A DNA stretch of 64,000 bases, taken from assembly GCF_001194135.2 (NCBI RefSeq), contig NC_068983.1, positions 100,900,669-100,964,668 of the forward strand, in the 5' to 3' direction. The position numbers were made by a program, and so were the translations under genes. The first letter of the stretch is position 1; the number at the start of each line of letters is the position of its first letter. The stretch is from Octopus bimaculoides. Lineage: Eukaryota. The notes under the pieces are model-generated. The model was not told where the DNA came from. It searched no databases and saw only the letters and a list, made by a program, of their open reading frames with translations. Shown here piece by piece: positions 25,475 through 39,395 of this stretch.

Positions 25475-26352
25475 TGAGGGGGTATCCAAAAAACCCCAGA
25501 ATTTTGCAGTGTTATTTTATTCACTTAGTTTTACATGTTTACACTTTTATCACCTTCAAAGTATTCTCCATTTGAAGCAACACATAGGTCCAGACACATT
25601 TTCCACTGTTTGAAGCAGTGCTGGAATTTGCAAAGTGATGCCTTTTAATGCCTCCGTCGTTTCTTTCTCCACCTCTTCCACATCTGCAAATTCCGTAGTA
25701 CCAGCTTTCATCACCTGTGATGACCTTCGTAAAAGGGTCCAGATCAATTTCCAACTGTTCTTTCAGTTTACGACACACACTCAGTAGGGACTGCTTTTGA
25801 TCTTCTGTGAGCAAGCGAGGCACAAATTTGGCAGTAACTCTTTTCATTCGTAATTCCTTGCTCAAAATTCGTTGGCAGGCGGTCTAGGACACACCAGTCA
25901 TATCAACAAGTTCATCAGTTGTTTGGCGATGGTCCTCCAAGATCAGTTCATGAATTTTCTTCATTCGGGAGTTTGATGGTCGCCCTGAATGAGGTTGGTC
26001 TTCAGGCGACAAGTGACCATTCCTACAATGTGAAAACCACTTGTTTTGCTCATGGCAGTGTCCATGTAAGCTATTTGAAGCATGACAACTGTTTTGGCCA
26101 CCGTTTTTCCCAGCAGAGAACAATTTCATGGAAGCACTCTGTTCCTTTGTTTCAGCCATCACAAAAATCGACAAATGGGAGAAGCACTGCAAGACAAAGA
26201 CGCACCATGTGGCAGTACAACCCGACTGGATGCCATCAGTCGGCAGACTGATGCCCGAGAGTGGCATCAAGTGGTTTCTAGTGGTGGAAGCCCAAACTAC
26301 AACAGACTTGTCTCGCAGAGAACATTTTCAGTTACCTTTGGGTACCCCCTCG
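25475..26352 (-). mobile_element. Internally deleted mariner transposon
   Basis: TIRs (C/T)GAGGGGGTA(T/C)CCAAA with TA at 26353-26354; peptides HSGRPS, AKFVPRLLTEDQK, VITGDESW and C-terminal NGEYFEGD; the central catalytic region is missing. Confidence 0.9.
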
Positions 26353-27378
26353 TATAACTAAATGACTTTTCTACAAAGGCATCCTCTGTTGTGATGGAAT
26401 AATTTATTAAATTCTAGTTAATTTTGGCATTTTATCTTTTTGTAGTGATTTGTGTTGGATGACTTTGTAAAGTTACTTTAGTATTTTTTTTGTCAAGGCT
26501 ATTTTTTACTTTAACATCAAGTTCCTTAGCTCTCATTCTATTTTGATGAGAGGTGTCATAACATAGTGGTAATATTAATAGTGATGAAGAAGTGGTGAGC
26601 TGGCAGAATTGTTAGCATTCTGGGCAAAATGCATGCTTAACAACATTGTCTGTCTTTACATTCTGAGTTCAAATTCCACCAAGGTTGACTTTACCTTTCA
26701 TCCCTTTGGGGTCAATTAGATAGGTACCAGTTGGACACTGTGGTTGATGTAATCAACTTATCTCCTCCCTGAAATTGCTGGTGTTGTGCCAAAATTTTCA
26801 ACCAATATTAATAAGGACGAGACTTCTCTCTTTTCCAATAGTTCTTCACAACAGAATAATTAGTTTTTAGTTACACAGGGCTTCAGTTGTATTCTGACAA
26901 ACACATAGTATCCATTTATAAGGTAGGTAGAGGAAGTCAGTAAAAGTTAGGTATGTTTGTTAGGGATAAAGTGCAGTGTTGGCCACAAGATACAAATCAC
27001 TGGTCCTCCAACATGTTACAACTCATCCATTTGTGATTCTTCAGTAATATTGTTTAATAGTGCTCATAATCCTCTGCCCACTGTACAAGCAAACATGTTA
27101 CTATCTCAGGAGGAGGACACTTTATAATACTTCTGTATTTATGTTTCAGATTATCTCAAAAACAGTCCTTCACTAGAAAACTCTTGTATCTCTTTTTGAC
27201 AAGCAACAGTCTTTTTTTTTTCCTGAAAGTATTGTGTTAATGAAACAGGACATGTTTAGTGATATCTTTTTTTGCTGCAGTCTTCATCCTTTCAATGTTT
27301 TATAACTAGACACATAAAATGTATCATTTTAATGTCTGTGTAGATTTTTCAACTTGCTCTTTTCTGTGTTCATTGTAG

Positions 27379-27493
27379 TCCACTTTACTGTTTGTATCCC
27401 TTGAGTACACTCTTGCCACTGAAGAAGCTGAGAGAATTGGTGTTGACCATGTAGCGAGGGTTTCTACTTCAGATTCAGGAGAAAGTTCATCAG
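27379..27493 (+). CDS. COPS6: COPS6 exon 6 (115 nt)
   Basis: [38 protein letters not shown]; TTGTAG| and G|GTAAGT. Confidence 0.96.
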
Positions 27494-27785
27494 GTAAGTT
27501 GTAAAATTTCAAAATTTCTTAAAAGCTTTTTAATTTGTTTTTCTTATATCAGATAAAAATATAAACCATTATTACACAAATGTTACTTTTTCTTCCTTTT
27601 TCACAAATTTTATTGTTCAAATACAGGTGTTAGACAACTGAATCTTAACTATCTTATTTTTCTTAAATTTTATTCTATAAATTTTTGCAGTTTTTATATT
27701 TTCTGTTACTTTGTAATTAAGTGCACAGCATATATATTTCTCAACAATTTGTTGTGCATTGCACTTCATTTAATTCTTACACAGA

Positions 27786-27820
<35 letters not shown>

Positions 27821-28976
27821 CTTATATAAACAGTGGAGTTGGGAAAAACTTTAGTTTTTTTTTTTTTTGAGTGGGTATTACAAGATCCAGAGAAGTTATA
27901 GTTCACTGCTACAAGATGTGGTAGCATTGTAAAATTGACAACTATTCCTTTAGCTGGCAGTACTAGATTTAGTCTTTTGTGAATATTGTGCTGCACAACC
28001 CATTGAGACAACAGACATCATTCCATGTGTCTCTAAAAGATTGGTGGAGGAATGACTAAGTGAATATATTAGTATCAAGTCAGCTCTCTTTTCCTTCTTT
28101 ATTTGTAAAGAGCTTTGTTCTAACTGAATTTGTTTGGAACATTCATGTTAATTACCTTATATTACTAATCAGATATCCACCTACAAAAATTTCTATTTTC
28201 TGCTTTAGCATTAGTTGGATAGGGTTTTAAATTGGGACTTTTTACATGAACTTGGATTAGGTACTAAATTGCCAAGATTGATTTTGTCAAAGATGCAACC
28301 ATAAAATGAGCTAAATGGAAAGTAGAGTTGTGTGCTTTGGTCAAGTTTAGAAATCAATACTTGTGTAGTTTGGGAGTTAAACTGGTCATATCTAGTCCAA
28401 ATATTATACTTATTTTACATGTAGACTGGTCAGATTAGCCTTTAACACCTACCCAACAATGTCATTCTAAAAAAATAAACAATCACATTATCAAAATCTT
28501 GAATCTATGAGATAATGCATGATTAATTCAAAGCAATGTAAATAAATAAACATTGCATTTGACCAAGTAATCTGAATGCTAAAGGGTTAACTACAATTTC
28601 TCTATTATATTAAACATAAGTCTTGTTAATTATGTGTGTAATAGATTGCAATATTGGCTTCTCTTGACTAGGCATGGGGTCTTTATTTCATTGGAGAGGT
28701 ATTTACTTTTTAATGTTAGCCACAACAGCCTGATAGAATTTGAACTCAGAAACAGCAAGGGATTGAACTTGATACTTTTTATGCATTTAGTCCATTTACT
28801 CTATTGTCTGGACCATTTTATGATCTATACCTAATTAGCTTCAAAATCCAAGGAACACAGTCACAAATAACAGCCTTCTGACTAAAGAGTCTGCAGACAC
28901 TCTATTTTTGTTTTAAATTTAATTGACCATTGTCTTAAATTCAGTTATACTTCCCATATTCTAATGTTTTTTTTAG

Positions 28977-29069
28977 TAGCAGAACATCTGATTGCTCAAC
29001 ACAGTTCTATTAAAATGCTAGACAGCCGAGTGAAGCTATTACTACAGTACATTAAAGCTGTTCAAGCAG
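28977..29069 (+). CDS. COPS6: COPS6 exon 7 (93 nt)
   Basis: (V)[30 protein letters not shown]; TTTTAG| and G|GTAACT. Confidence 0.95.
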
Positions 29070-29205
29070 GTAACTGTTTTTGTTTTTTCAGCAAGTTGCT
29101 AATTCTGTTTGTAATACCTTGAATTATCTATAGGAATAGCCAAATAATTTTAAGAACCATTTGGTTCCAGGTTTGATCTTACTGAACAGCACTTTAAATG
29201 ATTTA

Positions 29206-29239
<34 letters not shown>

Positions 29240-30596
29240 CCACACAGTGTGGTTGTGTGGTGAAGATGATTACTTCCCAACCATGTGGTCTTGGGTTCAG
29301 TTCCAGTGAAGCACCTTGAACATAGTCTTCTAATATAGTCCCTAGCCAACCAAAACCATGCTAGTGGATTTAGTAGATGGAAACTGAAAGAAGCCTGTTT
29401 TATATTATGTATATGTTTGTGTGTACCCTTGTCCTGACATCCGATAATGATTGTAAATGAACATCAGTGTCGTATAAGTGAGGTTGTTCATTTCCTGTCT
29501 TCCATGAAAAGCATATCTAAGCCATGTGAAAATATCTCTTTGTTGGAAATTGGTGGATTTGCAGCAGGAAGGGCATTCAGCTGTAGAAAATCTGTCTCAA
29601 CAAATTCCATCTGACTCATGCCATCATGGAAAAGTGAATGTTAAACAGTGATGATAAAATAGTGTGTGTGTGTGTGTGTGTATATATATGTATATATATA
29701 TATATATATATATACACACTATATATAGTATACTATATACCTTATGTGTGGAATTTGATAGACAGAAACTGTGGAAACTCATTGCAGTCTTATGAAAATC
29801 ACATGTGAATCTATGTCTATGTAAAATACTGTGTCTAATTGCATCCCTTTACACCAAATATGGTAAGTTACCAATTTTTAAATACAGGTTTATAAAATAA
29901 GTACTAAACAAAATTAATACTAGGGTTAGTGATTGACTATAAATCTTGAAGCTGGTGTCCTAACATGGCCCAGGCCAATGACTGAAACTAGGAAAAGAAT
30001 ATAAACTAGCCTTTATTGAAAATATAATTTTGATGATTCATCATCATTATTTAATGGTCGTCTTCCATGCTCGCATGGGTTGGACAGTTTGGAAGAAGCT
30101 GGTGAACGCATTGAGCTCCATTGTCTGCTTTGGTATGTTTCTACAGTTGGATGCCCTTCCTAATGAAGACCACTTTACAGAGTGTACTGGATGTGGATGC
30201 ATTTTAATTCATGACACTGGTACTAGTGAAGTCATTAAGTAACTCAAAAGACAACACACCTCTACTGAGTGGGAGAATAGTATTGAGGGAGGTGGTTTTA
30301 TGTCAGGTGTTGAGCAAGTATGACGTGGTTGACATGTCTAAATGGAGAGTTATTGGCCACTTTTGAAAGTTATAGGGATGTAAACACACCAACACCGATT
30401 GTTAAGTGGTGGTTGGGGATGAACACAAAGACACACACATAGGTATGTACATATATATATATATGACAGGCTTCTTTTAGTTTCCATCTATCAAATTCAC
30501 TTACAAGGCTTTGGTTGACTCAATATTTAACTTTACAAGAAAAAATTACAAGTGTCACCAGTGACCAACTTCATCATCGTTTCCTTTCTTTTGCAG

Positions 30597-30697
30597 GTGA
30601 TTTAAAAATGAACCATGATATTCTCCGAGAAGCCTATAGCTTGTGTTATCGACTGCCAGTCATCAACACACCAAAATTTCGAGAAGATTTTTACACT
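30597..30697 (+). CDS. COPS6: COPS6 exon 8 (101 nt)
   Basis: (G)[33 protein letters not shown]; TTGCAG| and |GTAAGT. Confidence 0.96.
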
Positions 30698-30994
30698 GTA
30701 AGTAAAATAATAGTTTGTTAGTTCTGATAATATCTGTATGGAGACATCAATTTGTTTTGAAAACTTTGCCACAAGTGTATTACTTCTCTGAAAAAGAAAT
30801 GTAGCTATACCAGTCATTTTCATGAATATTTGAAGTTTAGCCCTTAATTCCATCATGAAGCATTACATGGAAAACTTGATAGAACCCATTTTAGATTTAG
30901 TCAATGTTACTACAATCATATGATGTAAATTTGAAATTAAAAAAAATTAGGAGGTATATTTAGTTAAAATGTAGTTTAAGGCCTTGTAAAATAA

Positions 30995-32204
30995 CACAGT
31001 GCAACAAATTTCAGGTTCAAAAAAAGTACAAGTTAAGTAAGACTTGTTTCTAGATCAAAAAATTGTCCTGATTCTGATTCTGACCTTTATTTCTCCAGAT
31101 TAGGCACTGTTTTCCTGTACCATGAACCATATGTTTTATAATATACTGCATAATATTGTGTATTGAACACAACATTGCAAATACTGAAAGTTACAAAAAG
31201 AAAACAAAAATTTAGTTGGTATAACAAAACATATATTGGTTATGAATTAAAAACACATCTGTCAGTTTAAATAACTTTTGTCCTTCTAAGCCTCTTGTGC
31301 GGGGTGTGATCTTCTTTTTTTATACCCCAGCAGTAGTCTGCCAACATGACAGGGTTCCATTTTCCTTTGAATTGTCGCGCCATCACTGAAATATCCTGAT
31401 GGAATCTTTTGCCATGTTCATCACTCACATCACCAAGATTTTCTGCAAAAAAATCCAAATGAGAGTTAAGCACATGAACTTTTAGAGACATGTTACATCC
31501 CATATCATGATAATGACTCAGCAGATCATTCACAACTTGCACATAGTCTTCTGAACGATGGTTGCCCAGGAAGTTATCGCAAACTTTCTTGAATGACTTA
31601 AAAGCAAGCTTCTCTTTTCTCTTGAGATGTGTAATGAAGGTTTCATCAAGTATAATTTTTCGAATTTGGGGACCTATGAAGAAACCTTTAATTTTAGCTT
31701 GACTCAGGGAAGGGAACTTTTCTACAAAATATGCAAATGCAGAGGATTCCTTGTTCAAGGCTTTCACAAATTGCTTAAACAAACCAAGTTTAATATGCAA
31801 AGATGGTAAAAAAAATTCTATCACTTTTCACAAGTGGTTTGTGCATGATGTTATGTTTTCCTTGCTCAATTTCATCTTGGATTGGCCAATCATTGCGTAC
31901 ATAGTGTTCAGTTCATGCTCTGGAATTCCATAAGCACAGGAAGCAGCAAAATTTAGTATAGCCAAGCTGAAGGCCAGTAAGCATGGCCACAACCTTAAAA
32001 TCTGCACAAATATGCCAGGTATGGTCATCATACTGTATGCTTGTTAGAATTGCTTTGATATTTTCATATGATTATTTCATGGTTATGCCATAAGCTATGG
32101 GAACAGAAGGCAGAATGTTACCATTGTGTAGCAGAACAGCTTTGATGCTGTCCTTGGATGCATCTATGAAAAGTCGCCAGTTGGTTTTATCATATGGTAT
32201 TTCC
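30995..32204 (-). mobile_element. DNA transposon 3' half, tentatively CMC/Chapaev-3-like
   Basis: One frame with two stops: WRLFIDASKDSIKAVLLHNG, ICADFKVV, LPSLHIKLGLFKQFVKAL, HLDFFAENLGDVSDEHGKRFHQDI, MLADYCW; terminus TAA|CACAGTG at 30992-31001. The superfamily name is from recall. Confidence 0.75.
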
Positions 32205-33470
32205 ACCTAAATCTCTGACCATGTGAAGGGTTCCTAAGCTTCCAAGTCCTTCTTTTCCAGATTGGTCTACTTTTTGGCATCCTTCTGGCCTTGAATCTAA
32301 AGTCACTAATGACTAGTCTATGTTGTGGGGCACATTCTTCGCCAGGGAGGGTCTTTGTATTTAAGAGCAACCATGCATCCTGCTGTCTGAATGAAATTAA
32401 TCTGGCTAGCAGAGTCACCTGATTGATAGGTTATCAGGTGGCTAGCTGGCTTCCTGAAGTTGGTGTTGCAGATCAATAGGTTATTTGCATCGTAGAACTC
32501 CATTTCTGGTACCAACTCCATGGTTCCCATGTACACCATAGAAGATACCAGATTGCTGTCCGACATGCCCATTAAAATTTCCAGCCACAAAGATGAGATC
32601 ATTGTCACTCGTCTTTAAGGTAGCCTGCAGAAGAATATCATAAAACTGATCCTTCTGTTCATTTGGTAGGCCTGCTTGTGGGGCATAGGCAGAGATAAGT
32701 ATAGCTATACCATTCTGCAAGACTAGCCTGAGTTTAAGCACTCTATTGCACACCCTCATTACCTCTATGACTTTATCCACCCATTTCTCTGCAAGAAGTA
32801 TACCCACACCCCCCTATTCCATCACTATTACCTTCCCAGAAGAGTTTATACCTATGTGCTTTACCTGTGAGGACTCTGGCTGAAGTTCCTCTCCATTTTA
32901 CCTCTTGTATGCAACATACATCAACACGTCTCCATTCAAGCATCTCTACAATCTCACTAGACCTTTCAATATGCCTACATTTACAATGCAAACTCTGAAA
33001 ACTGGGAAAGCGATATGGGAGGTAACACAGGAAGGAGAGATGTTATTCAGTACTTGAAAAGAAGGCTCCAGTGAACGTTTGGTAACAGACGTCATAATAG
33101 TTGTTCTTGCTTCATTCAAACATGTTAGAGTTAAGGTTGTTACCTCTACTGGTGGTGGTGGTGGGAATGAGGAAGCATTGTGTATGGAAGTGTTTGGGGG
33201 CATTGTAAATATAAGCGTTATGAGCCTTGTGTGTGAAGCATTACTGATGCTGCAGATATGTGTAAATAAAAGAAGAAAGGTAAGTGGGCTACTATCTGGT
33301 TTAGTTACTTTAGAGTGGGTGTAGAGAAAAGAGAGGGCAGCAAGATTACCAATAGAGGAGGAGAAAGAGCAAGGGCAACTGGATGTCTGGTAAGAGTGAG
33401 AGAAAGAGAGAGAGATTTCCGGTAAGAGTGAAAGAGAAAGAGATTTCCAGAAAAGTGAGAGAGAAAGTGA
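32205..33470 (-). mobile_element. RTE-clade LINE 5' part (APE endonuclease), frameshifted
   Basis: VDVCCIQEVKW, GILLAEKWVDKV, ISAYAPQAGL, AGNFNGHVG, CNTNFRKPASHLITY motifs. Confidence 0.88.
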
Positions 33471-34095
33471 TTTCCTGTATTGGTGGTGGGGGTGATTTCT
33501 AATATTTCTGTTAGACTCATTAGCACGCCGAGCAAAATGTTTAGTGGCATTTCATCTGTCCTTACATTCTGAGTTCAAATTCCACTGAGGTCAACTATGC
33601 CTTTCATCCTTTCAGGGTTACTAAAATAAGTACCAGTTGAACACTGGGGTCGATGTAATTTACTTAACCTCTTACTTGTTGGATTTGTTATTCCTGAAAT
33701 ATAAAGGTTTTATAAAGCTTTCTGCATTGTCAGAAGCTTTTTTTTTTCTCTCTTTTTACCTTCTTCGATATTACAATGCTTCAAACGAACTACAGCTCTC
33801 TTATTTTTATTTTTATTTTTTTCTGCTAATGTAGATTGGATAGTTTTACAAAATCAGGAGAACAGGTTTTGTTAATAGATTAGGAATCAGTAAACTCGTA
33901 AAACCTGTGTCTATATGGAAAAAAATTAAAGGTAATAAAAACAGCAAAATCAACCTATTGTTTACATAATTCTGTTTTAAATTGAAATTGGTATTTCATG
34001 TTTTAAATATTATAAATTGGATTTAATGTCATTTCCATCAATCACTCAATTAATACTTGATTTATAGATTAAAGAAAATTGTTTTATTTTTCTAG

Positions 34096-34164
34096 CAATG
34101 CAATGATGTTTGTCTCATGTCCTACTTAGGAACTATAACCAAAAGTTGTAATACTATTAATCAG
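34096..34164 (+). CDS. COPS6: COPS6 exon 9 (69 nt)
   Basis: [23 protein letters not shown]; TTCTAG| and CAG|GTAAGA. Confidence 0.96.
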
Positions 34165-35118
34165 GTAAGAATTAAATATTTCTTTCACAATCACATAAAC
34201 ATTTACTTTAGTGGTATCACTACCCTCACAGTGAGAAAATATGAATAACTTATCTCTTACCACTCGGGAGATAAGCATCAACCTCTCATATTCTTTTTTC
34301 CACAAAGTCCAAACCATGACCTCATTGTAGTGGGAAGATTAAATGAATGAGTGTCAGAGCTATGCCATTGGGGTCTTTGACTCCCTGGTAGGGCCCTCCA
34401 AGGCAAACAGGTCTGATTCTGGCAGTTCTAAGGCTGCAACCAAGCTAACTGGAGGGCAATGGTGAATTTCACGGGTAGCGTCTGTCCCAGAATCTGGTGG
34501 TTTCCTGGTGGCATTGGATCGTGTCTACAGGCATCCTGCAGCAAGAAGGCGCAATACAAGGACGACCTCCCACTGGTTGTGTATGGTGGCTTACAAATAT
34601 GGACAGGAACTATTTTTGCAGCCTCTGATCATCCCTTGAAACTCCTATGAGCTCAACTAGGAGCTGGCTTAACTCCTCCCAGGTGAATGCCATTATGAGA
34701 CAAGACAAGACTCATTCTTACAACATTGGAAGAAAGCACAACCCTCTTAACATTACATTTGCATTCTCAATAGTTAATCCAAGTTTTTCTGAGTTTATTA
34801 GATTTGATATTTTTATTTTTGAGAAGTCTTGCTCATAAATTTTATCTAAGGTTTGAGAGGGAAAAAATTCACATCCTTTCATAAAGCTTTTTAGCACTCT
34901 TCAGATTTACTAAATCATGAACATATATAAAATAGCTAAAAATCTGTTTATTTCTCTCTTTAAATAAAATCATCATTCTGCAAGAAACATCCAATGTTAA
35001 TATTTTATCAGTCTTATGTTTTTGTTGTTAAACATTCATTTCCAATTATAATTTTTAAGTAATGAGGAAGTAAAATGCACTGATTAAATTATTTTGAAAA
35101 CTATGGACACATTTATGA

Positions 35119-35217
<99 letters not shown>

Positions 35218-35630
35218 ATAGTTAATTTACTCAGCAGAAAATGACACTATTTCTGTGGTTGTGTGTTGCAGTGAAAGTTAGGAAAAGTTGGCAATGAGAA
35301 TTATAGATGCTGCTACCGCACCTAGTTGCATCTATTGATTGCTTCTTCTCTACGTTACGTCACTTCTCTACCATTCACAGCTTCTACAATCTTCATTTCT
35401 TTGTGTTGTGAAGGCTCATGGTGAGAGAGAAACTGTTACTTGTGGACTTGCTTCAAGCACTGGAAGGCTGCTACTTTCCAGTTTACCCATAATCTACTCC
35501 TTTTGACAGTAATAAGTTAACTACACAAACTGGTTCACTCACATAAGTTCTTTCCAACCTTTAGACATTAATGCTCAGACAAAACTTACATACATACACA
35601 TACACTAAAAGCATTCAGTTCTTTTTTTTT

Positions 35631-35636
35631 AATAAA
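35631..35636 (+). terminator. Candidate COPS6 polyadenylation signal
   Basis: AATAAA about 415 nt after the stop in AT-rich sequence; the true 3' end cannot be determined from sequence alone. Confidence 0.3.
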
Positions 35637-36013
35637 ATAATAACTTTCTTATTCTTGTTATTTTTAAATTATTTATTATTTATATATATTTATATAATAA
35701 CAAACATTAATTCAGACATTCAATTCCTGCATGCAGATGAAGTGATCAGAAATACTTAGAAACTGCTTGGTATTTCAGATTTCTAGTAAAATCACCGTTC
35801 AGAATCTTTGGACATTTTAATTGATGGCGATCCAAAGTATATTAGGTTCTTATTTATAAATCTTTCTCAAATTGATGTTGAATATTTGTGTATGTTAACT
35901 CTATCAAATGTGCGATCTGAAAACACTAATAACTTATATATGGAGCCAAAGGTTTTACTTTGATCACACACCTAAGCCTAGCATTATTAAAGACCTCTTC
36001 CATTTCCATTATA

Positions 36014-36077
<64 letters not shown>

Positions 36078-37339
36078 TGCATTCATATACATACACACAA
36101 TTACAAACATACTTTAAATGCCATTTTTAAACCAAGATTGACTCATCAATTCTAGTCTAGATCTTGAGATGTAAGGGATTTTCAGCCATCCTTGAATAAC
36201 TGACAGCAGACAGTGATATGAAATCTAATATTGAATTTCATCTACAAATTTGGATTAAATTTATCAATTCTGTTTTATTTAATGTCCAGTAATTTTTTGC
36301 TTTTAAGACTATTTTTTTACTGCTACATATTTAGTTACTTCTGACTTAACAAATTGTATCTTTCTATAAATTACTTTGCAAGCATAAAAAATTATACTAA
36401 CATATAGAGTTGGTTGTTTATTTACAGTTAACAAAATCTTTATTTGTTACCTTTTATTAAAAAAATATTTATACACTTTACACTGCTAAAAAAAAATCTT
36501 TTACTGTATTTTGATTTTCTTGTAAATTCATTGAGTTTATTTTCCCAAGTTAGCATTGCTGTGTTAATATATTTTCTATGTTGATCCAAACTTTTCAGTT
36601 TTTACCTGCAACATTACAAGGTTATATCAGTTTCTTCTAAAAGCAAGAACTATCATCTAAACTCCTGCTAAGTGTATTTCACTCAACTTGATGGCTTCTT
36701 CATCTCACATAAGTGGGTTATTTTGAAGTAACTTTTATAGTTCTTTTGTCATTTCTATAATTGCATGTGTTTATCAAGCTTAACTAGAGGTAGAAGTTAT
36801 ATAGTCTGAGAAAAAAAAAAGTTAAGTTTATCTTGTTAGATGAGTTCTTCACTTGTACTATGCAGTGTTTATTGACGCTAAAGTTAATTAACTGATTATT
36901 AAAGATCCTGAAGTTGTTTGGTAACCAACAACCAACCATAACATTGACTAAATTATTTCAGCTTTTATTTTTCAACTTACCAATACAGACAGGGTCAGGC
37001 AGCAAAATTTAGACCGTTTAAAAATGTTATCTTAATATGAATTAAGAGCTGGTATTTTACAAATAATGAATCTCAAATATTAACTTTAAGTTGTTTGGTT
37101 ACTGATCATGACAGCTTATACTAGAGTTTTGGAATCACTATGATGAAACGTTATAGCTAAAATATGTCACTCTGGGCATAGCCCTTTTGACAAGAGATAT
37201 GTCACCCATTTAACAGGGCCTACATGCTGACATAGCTGCTCCTTTTTAGATTGTTCAAAAAAATCTGTTGTAGTAAATCTATCTTTCAAGTTGATCAAGC
37301 TTACAAAGACCCATAATATAAACAGGAGGATGATAGCTA

Positions 37340-37950
37340 GTGCCTTTAAAAATGATTTAGGTATGAAGTCATATGTTTACAACAAGTGTTGAAGCATTCT
37401 CACTATTCATTCTTGAAGCTGTTAAGGTTGAGAGAATTCTAGAACTTCTTAATTACTTGACATACATTGGAGGGAAAGTGAGGGTTTTTGTTGATAAAAA
37501 ATTTGAAATTCACTGTCATGAAAACACTACAACTGGAGAGATATTACTTTCAAGCCTTCCAGATTTCTTGTATTCATGCTTTGGTGATGGGCATTTGGAG
37601 CTACTGCAAACAATGGTTGTGAGATGTCATCTCATTTCATTGAAGCTGGTCTTAATACAACTGAGTATTTAAACATCCCTAATAAAAGTTCTGATGCCCT
37701 GGATTACTCAACATTATGGTCTGAATGAGTTATATTTATCCAAGATCACACAATGTTCAAAGCATACTCAGGATTATTTGAAGGTGAAACTTCCACAATG
37801 TATTCACAAAGAAATCTGGCCTTCTTGCTTGCTAGGTCTAAATCTACTTGATATGGACCTGTTCTCAATGAGTACTGGTTCAATGTCATCTAGGCAGAAA
37901 AAGTATGCTTCATCTTTCACATCCATATTCAATTTATTGTAACTGCTAAT
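37340..37950 (+). mobile_element. Heavily degraded Tc1/mariner (DD37D/maT-like) transposase
   Basis: Remnants KVLMPWI...HTQDYLK...KEIWPSCLLGLNLLD resemble WPPSSPDLNPLD-type motifs. Confidence 0.55.
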
Positions 37951-39395
37951 GGTAAATATATATATCGAATATTATCTTGCCTTATGTTAAAACAAAGTTT
38001 CATGCTTCTACTTTTTCAGTTATCTTAGTTAAAGGCTTAGAAGCATCTCAACACAGTTTTGATTTTGCTACTTGACCCTATATATGTTTTCTACATCTTT
38101 CTAGTCTCATTAAAATTATGAAGAAAACATAACTCGTGTTTCACTTGTTCAATACCTACTTCTCCATCAGATAACTTTAATTAAAGAATTACTGATTTCT
38201 TGTGTTATCTTACTTCTGAACTACATTGTTATTATCATCATTTTGCCAATCTTCTCTTGAAGAAGGGAACTGGACTTACTGTAGTATCTTCATGTAACTA
38301 GTTACTGGTTGCATACTCATGACTTTTTTTTTTGCATAGATCAAATTATGATTAGTATGTAACCCTTGGCTTCCTGAAACAGCTGTCGAGTTACTTAATT
38401 TCTTTATATTTTATTCTGTATTTATTGTGTTCCATACCCACCCTTATATATATAGGGGTGGGCTAAAGTACATATACAGTTGTGTGGCTCAAGCATTGAT
38501 TCAAAGAATCTAGAAATCAAAAAAGTGAGTTTCCAATGAACTAGGCATCTCCTGCAGATCCCTTGGTTGACTTATGAACCGCTTAAGTTTAAAAAAGAAA
38601 TAGAGAAATGAAAAGAACATTCCATTCATTATACAACTGTGTATATATCAAGCTTAACTGTCTATCTGCATAACTACCTCCATATCAGCTCATTTTGGAT
38701 TTCTCATATAGTCACTCTTGACGCTGGACCTTTCCTAAATGAAGAAGTCAAAGTTTAAGTTTAAATTCATTTGGGCACTACTATGTGTTTTCTATACTGA
38801 ACTTATCTGCCCTCACCTATTGACTGTATATTATACATACATAGTTTTCATTTTTGCAGAGACTTATTCTACAAAAACAGTTTAATTCTCAAAAATAGAC
38901 ACTCAGTTTTACTCAACACAAATTTAAAAGATTCATGAATTTCAGCTAAACATTCTAAAACCAAGCTATTATTTTAATCTTTGTACAATGTACTTCATTT
39001 CCTAAAATTATCTCAAAGCATAAAATTTATATTCATGAAGTATATAAGGAACTAAAACCTTCGTATTCTTACTAATATTAGACTTTACAATTAACCAGAA
39101 ATTTCTTTGGTGACTCCCACATTGCCAAACAATTTAAAGACTAAGAGTTTAGAGAATATCAATCAGTTTAATTAGTATAAGAAGTAAATCTAGTATTTCA
39201 GATTCTTGGCCTTTAACTAAATATTGACAGTTTGTATGTAGGTGAGATTCAGGACTTTATCTCCATAAAGATTAGGCATCCTTTTGAGAGATAGAATATA
39301 TTCATGCCTGAACAGCTGCTGCTAATTCAGTATGTTCTACATGAGAATACTGCTTAAACAGTTGTAGAAGTACATCCTCTATATACACTTCTTAA

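Noticed and set aside
25884-26361. SETMAR-like domesticated mariner gene
   Set aside because: Multiple frameshifts and deletion of the catalytic core.
35292-35340. SECIS-like ATGA...GA around the COPS6 3' UTR hairpin
   Set aside because: The quartet is not adjacent to the helix (4 unpaired nt), there is no apical AA, and the CDS has no in-frame TGA.
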